Shown here piece by piece: positions 60,037 through 64,000 of a DNA stretch of 64,000 nucleotides; the stretch's first letter is position 1, and each line of letters starts with the position of its first letter. The position numbers were made by a program, and so were the translations under genes. The stretch spans positions 160,001 through 224,000 of the forward strand of contig CAWEPK010000008.1 in assembly GCA_963810935.1 (NCBI GenBank), written 5' to 3'. Under the pieces are notes generated by a model, which saw only the letters and a list, made by a program, of their open reading frames with translations, was not told where the DNA came from and searched no databases. The stretch comes from an uncultured delta proteobacterium (GTDB lineage Bacteria > Desulfobacterota > Syntrophorhabdia > Syntrophorhabdales > WCHB1-27).

Positions 60037-61245
60037 TCACCTGTTGTCCGCCTCTACGGCGGCCCTTATTTTACCGAGTATGCCGGGCATCGCGGACGTC
60101 ACCCTGTCCCAGCTTTCGATCATAGTCGTACCCGGCGGGTCTCCCATGATCTCGTCCGCCGCCTCGGTTATGGAGTCCGCGAACGTTTCGACCGCCAGGG
60201 ATTCCTGAAGCCGGTCGAATTCCAGGGCGTTCATGGAGGCGTCGTCCTCATATCTTTTCAGCATATCTCCGGCGGTCTTCCGGTAGGTGGCCAGAAGGGT
60301 CTTGAAGAACCGGCCCTGAAAGACGATCCCTTCCGATATTATCGTGCGCAGAACCGACTTGCAGACATCGACGGCCATCTTGTGCAGGCCCTTTGACGGG
60401 TCGTCCTTCGAAAGCTCCTGGTGTTTATGCTCGTAGGCCTCGGCAATGTCTACCTGGCATATGCGCCTCAGCGATGTGTTACGGTAAGCTTCGGCGAGCA
60501 CCCCCACCTCGAAGCCCCAATCCGAAGGTATGCTGCTGATGCGGGCTAAATCGCTGTCCATAGCTACTTCTCCCGACAGCACGTACCTGAAGCTGTCGAG
60601 ATAGACGAGCATCGGCAGGTAGCCGAGTATCCTTTGGAGGCTCCTGATGAGAGGCGTCATGAGCAGACGCGTTACCCTGCCGTGCATCCTGTCCGTCACC
60701 CTTGAGTAAAACCCTTTGCAGAAGTCGTAGTCGAGGCTCGGGCTCGTCACCGGGAAGCAAAGACGGGCGAGCAGGCCGCTTTCATACCCGACGATATCGC
60801 AGTCGTGGAGCGCTATGGCGTGCACGTCGGGACCGGACATAACGTAGCCCAGGGCCAGCCAGACGGACCTTCCTTTGCCAGGCGCCCCCGTGCGGATGCC
60901 CCGCGCCTCTACCTCGCGGTATATCTCGCTAACTGCGGGCCCGTTGTTCCAGATAACCCTGTGTTCCTGGGGCAGGACGGAGAAATATTCGAGCGCGTGC
61001 CTGAATTCTTCCGCAGATGCAGGCCCCAGAGTGACGATAATCTGCCGCAGATATTTTACACGGCCCAACTCCTCCACGATCTTCTTCAGGGCCGGTGCAT
61101 TCAGCTCTTTGTAGAGGGAAGGCAGAACCAGGGCCATGCCGCGCTCCCGCGCACACGCCTCGAGGTGCGCTTCCGCGGCCAGGGATGTCGGACCGCCCAG
61201 TCTGTGGAACGTGGCAATCGTCCCGGACTGGTAGAAGTCGCCCAC
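60037..61245 (-). CDS. gpgS: Glucosyl-3-phosphoglycerate synthase
   Basis: MGDFYQ, GKGRSVW, LHDCDI, KGFYSR, GRVTRL, DWGFEVG, YEHKHQ. Confidence 0.8.
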   Translation of the reverse strand: MGDFYQSGTIATFHRLGGPTSLAAEAHLEACARERGMALVLPSLYKELNAPALKKIVEELGRVKYLRQIIVTLGPASAEEFRHALEYFSVLPQEHRVIWNNGPAVSEIYREVEARGIRTGAPGKGRSVWLALGYVMSGPDVHAIALHDCDIVGYESGLLARLCFPVTSPSLDYDFCKGFYSRVTDRMHGRVTRLLMTPLIRSLQRILGYLPMLVYLDSFRYVLSGEVAMDSDLARISSIPSDWGFEVGVLAEAYRNTSLRRICQVDIAEAYEHKHQELSKDDPSKGLHKMAVDVCKSVLRTIISEGIVFQGRFFKTLLATYRKTAGDMLKRYEDDASMNALEFDRLQESLAVETFADSITEAADEIMGDPPGTTMIESWDRVTSAMPGILGKIRAAVEADNR

Positions 61246-61371
61246 TCCTCCCCCACATATAAGATGACGAGCGCAAAGGAAGCGCCTAAGTCAATATAAG
61301 GACCGGCGAGATTGGGGTCAATGGTGGTCGGGAAGTTGCCGTGCCTCCTGACGCGGCCTAATTTAATACCT

Positions 61372-62223
61372 GTGGGCCTCGTAATCTTCACGGACCTCGA
61401 CGGGACGCTGCTCGATGCCGCCTATTCGTTCCTGCCCGCTGCACCGGCCCTTGAGGCTGTGCGGCGCACGTTTGTCCCCATGGTCATCTGCTCAAGCAAG
61501 ACGAGGCGCGAGATAGAGAGCTACAGAATAAGGCTCGGCAACCACGATCCCTTCATTGCCGAAAACGGGGGTGCGGTTTACGTGCCGGAAGGCTATTTCA
61601 CGGCCGCCGCCTTCGCAGGTTTGCGGACAATCGCGCCGCAGGCGGCGGATCCCGTAGAAACAGTTGGCGGCTATGAAATAATACGGCTGGGCGCGCCGTA
61701 CGCCAGGCTGCGCTCGGCGCTGGCCGCGTTTCGGGAAGACGGATTGCGCGTGACGGGTTACGGGGACATGTCCGCGATTGAGATAGCCGCTGCGACCGGA
61801 CTTCCACCCGAAGAGGCGGTAATGGCAAAAGAGCGGGAATTTGACGAGCCGTTCTACCTGGAAGGCAACGGAAGGGCGCAGGCAAGGGTTACGGAAGCCG
61901 CCCGGCGCACCGGCTTGCACGTATCCGGCCGGGGGCCCTTTCACTTGACGGGGGGAAACGACAAGGGAAAGGCGGTCTCCCTGCTCTGCGCCCTTTTCAA
62001 AAAGACGACGGATCGAACAACCTTTGCCGCCCTGGGGGACGGCCCCACAGACCTGCCGATGCTCCGGGTGGTGGACAGGCCGGTAATCGTCCGGAGGCCT
62101 GACGGGACTTACGACCCGGATCTCGAAAACAGGGGTTTCGCAAAGGCGGACGGCGTAGGCCCCGAGGGATGGAACAAGGCCGTCCTGGAGCTTCTCGCGC
62201 AGCAAGAGCGTACCGAAACATGA
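61372..62223 (+). CDS. Mannosyl/glucosyl-3-phosphoglycerate phosphatase (HAD-IIB)
   Basis: IFTDLDGTLLD, CSSKTRRE, PFIAENG, REFDEPF, DKGKAV, ALGDGPTDLPML. Confidence 0.85.
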   Translation: MGLVIFTDLDGTLLDAAYSFLPAAPALEAVRRTFVPMVICSSKTRREIESYRIRLGNHDPFIAENGGAVYVPEGYFTAAAFAGLRTIAPQAADPVETVGGYEIIRLGAPYARLRSALAAFREDGLRVTGYGDMSAIEIAAATGLPPEEAVMAKEREFDEPFYLEGNGRAQARVTEAARRTGLHVSGRGPFHLTGGNDKGKAVSLLCALFKKTTDRTTFAALGDGPTDLPMLRVVDRPVIVRRPDGTYDPDLENRGFAKADGVGPEGWNKAVLELLAQQERTET

Positions 62224-62254
62224 TTACTACTCTGCCGCCGCCGGCTCCGCCTGC

Positions 62255-62635
62255 CTACTTCTCGGCTGCGAAGGGGAGAACGCCCCTGTTCTCCGCTTCC
62301 CTGGTCTTGTTCATGTACGAATGGCCTTCGAACAGGCCGCCCTCAGAGACGGCCAGCCGCGGCGAATATATATCGCCGGAGAAAGCGCCCGTTGTCTTGA
62401 TGTCCACCAGCTCACCCGCGTGGGCTGTCCCCTCGACCTTACCTCCCACGATCATGCCCCTGCACGCGACGGCGCCCATGATGACTCCCGATTCGCCTAC
62501 GATAACCCAGTCCGCCCTTACGCGCCCTTCGAACGTCCCGTCTATCCGTACGGTCCCCTTCGACGTAACCTCGCCCCTGACAAAACTGCCCGCCCCGATC
62601 ATGGTATCAATTGCCGGCTGACGACTTGCAAACAT
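62255..62635 (-). CDS. Bactofilin (CcmA/DUF583)
   Basis: Beta-helix repeats: TMIGAGSFVRG, VRIDGTFEG, GDI...GGLFEG. Confidence 0.9.
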   Translation of the reverse strand: MFASRQPAIDTMIGAGSFVRGEVTSKGTVRIDGTFEGRVRADWVIVGESGVIMGAVACRGMIVGGKVEGTAHAGELVDIKTTGAFSGDIYSPRLAVSEGGLFEGHSYMNKTREAENRGVLPFAAEK

Positions 62636-62638
62636 CGA

Positions 62639-63484
62639 TCACCTCCTGGTCATGAGTGACAACGGATCGATCTGGCTGCCGTCCTTCCAAACTTCGTAAT
62701 GAACGTGCGGTCCCGTGCTGCGGCCCGTAGAACCTGACGATACTATGACGTCCCCGCGCTTTACGCGCTGTCCCACCTTAACCAGATTCGCGCAACCGTG
62801 CGCGTAAGCGGTACTGTAGCCCATACCGTGCTCAACGACGACGATGTTGCCGCTACCCTTCAACTGACCCGAAAAACTGACCACCCCGTCCGCGGTCACG
62901 TGTACCGGAGTACCGGTTACAGCCTTTATGTCCATACCGTGGTGGAAGGCCGATATGCGCCGGCCGCCGTCATTCGATGACCGGGGCCCGAAAAACGAGG
63001 TGATGGGGCCCATGACCGGCAGACCCGCCGGCGTCGCATAAAAAGCATCGCGCTTAATCCTGACATAATCCTTCAAGTCCGATATCGAATCTATCGCCCG
63101 GCGCACCTCTTTTGTAAGCTCGTTCATATCGATCATGTCGCCGGTGGCCTCGGGCCCGGCTGCCGCTTTGGAGGCAGTAGGCCGCAGCGCCAGGAGCCCG
63201 CGCATTTCGTCCTCGCTGTTTTTCAGGGCATCGAGGGAGGATTGCATCTGGCGGAACTGCACCCGCAGCTTGAGGCGGGCTGTGTAGTACGATTGCGCCT
63301 GGGCAGCCAGTTGGACCAGACAGCCGAAGCCGACAACCGCCAGGACAAAGCAAGCATATACGGCCAGGGTCGGTACCCTGACTTTTCTGGGTTTCCCCTT
63401 CGTATGGGGCACGAGCAGTATGGTAACGGGAATTAGGCAGACCCGGATGTGGGGGATTAGCCATCTCCACAGACGCCGCATCAA
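62639..63484 (-). CDS. M23 family endopeptidase with TM and coiled coil
   Basis: HHGMD, TAYAH, GSTGRSTGPHVHYEV. Confidence 0.9.
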   Translation of the reverse strand: MMRRLWRWLIPHIRVCLIPVTILLVPHTKGKPRKVRVPTLAVYACFVLAVVGFGCLVQLAAQAQSYYTARLKLRVQFRQMQSSLDALKNSEDEMRGLLALRPTASKAAAGPEATGDMIDMNELTKEVRRAIDSISDLKDYVRIKRDAFYATPAGLPVMGPITSFFGPRSSNDGGRRISAFHHGMDIKAVTGTPVHVTADGVVSFSGQLKGSGNIVVVEHGMGYSTAYAHGCANLVKVGQRVKRGDVIVSSGSTGRSTGPHVHYEVWKDGSQIDPLSLMTRR

Positions 63485-63686
63485 AAAACCGACCTTTTTC
63501 CCGGGTAGTCAAAAGAAAGCGATACGCTTCACTTATATTTATATCATAGCCGGGCGGTGATGTCTACTTAATTGCCTACAACGGCGGATTTGCCTTGCTT
63601 TCCCGCAACCACGGCTTAAACTTATTTATAGGCGCTCGTATCGATCAGGCCCTCACTGATTTAATTGAAAAAAGGCGGGTAATTCC

Positions 63687-64000
63687 TTGGAAAACGGCGG
63701 TTGTCTGGGGAGGCTCGAGACTCGTAAAGCATACCCCGGCACCGCCTTGGCCATACTGCCCATTCTTCTCCTGCTGGCGGGTGCCTGCGCCAAGGTGGGA
63801 CCCGACTACGTCCGCCCCCCGGTGCCTTTGGCCCAAGCCTGGAATGAGGCGGACGGGGAGCGGGTGGCGGTAGGCCCGGCCGATTACAGGGCATGGTGGC
63901 GGGTATTCAATGACCCCGTGCTCGACAGGCTTATCGAGACCGCCTACCGCCAGAACCTTCAGTTGCGCGTCGCAGGGGTCAGGATCTTAGAGGCAAGGGC
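63687..64000 (+). CDS. NodT/TolC-family efflux outer-membrane lipoprotein (5' part only)
   Basis: Hand translation ...LLLAGACAKVGPDYVRP...WWRVFNDPVLDRLIETAYRQNLQLRVA..RILEAR. Start codon uncertain. Confidence 0.85.
   Translation, partial: MENGGCLGRLETRKAYPGTALAILPILLLLAGACAKVGPDYVRPPVPLAQAWNEADGERVAVGPADYRAWWRVFNDPVLDRLIETAYRQNLQLRVAGVRILEAR

Noticed and set aside
62255..63484. Bactofilin-M23 peptidase pair as a novel module
   Set aside because: An established, widespread cell-shape pairing.

Overview
GC-rich bacterial chromosomal window. Gene content and style suggest an anaerobic deltaproteobacterium, possibly Syntrophorhabdus-like; this is an inference and was not checked. At least seven genes carry single +1 insertions, which points to long-read assembly error rather than real pseudogenes. 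Contents, left to right: (1) usp and an aldose-epimerase-like gene. (2) A ~15.7 kb minus-strand operon: wza/wzz/wzc-like export genes, four GT9 heptosyltransferase-like genes plus a half-GT9, GT4, two GT2, a GmhB-like phosphatase, an SDR, a NodU-type carbamoyltransferase, a radical SAM/SPASM enzyme and a methyltransferase. (3) BON and DUF1328 stress genes. (4) Housekeeping genes: pcm, proC, Smr, CNNM/CBS, a large CoA-activase, acyP, MarC, CooT, DUF3842, an Nth-like gene, DUF748 and a cyclophilin. (5) An Opp/Dpp ABC transporter, vapBC, a spermidine-synthase fusion and a gamma-PGA hydrolase-like gene. (6) Two fluoride (crcB-motif) riboswitches, each with its own promoter, in front of a dynamin-like GTPase and a cation:H+ antiporter, with no Fluc/CLC exporter in the window. 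(7) B12-radical SAM and flavodoxin genes. (8) An unassigned ~220-nt structured transcription unit. (9) tolQRA-uppP converging on dedA and a cis-prenyltransferase. (10) A compatible-solute island (treT, DUF5752, MscS, Ggs-like, gpgS, phosphatase). (11) Bactofilin, M23 peptidase and the start of a TolC/NodT lipoprotein. No rRNA, tRNA, CRISPR array, transposase or integrase was recognised. All family calls come from motif recognition by eye; no searches were run.
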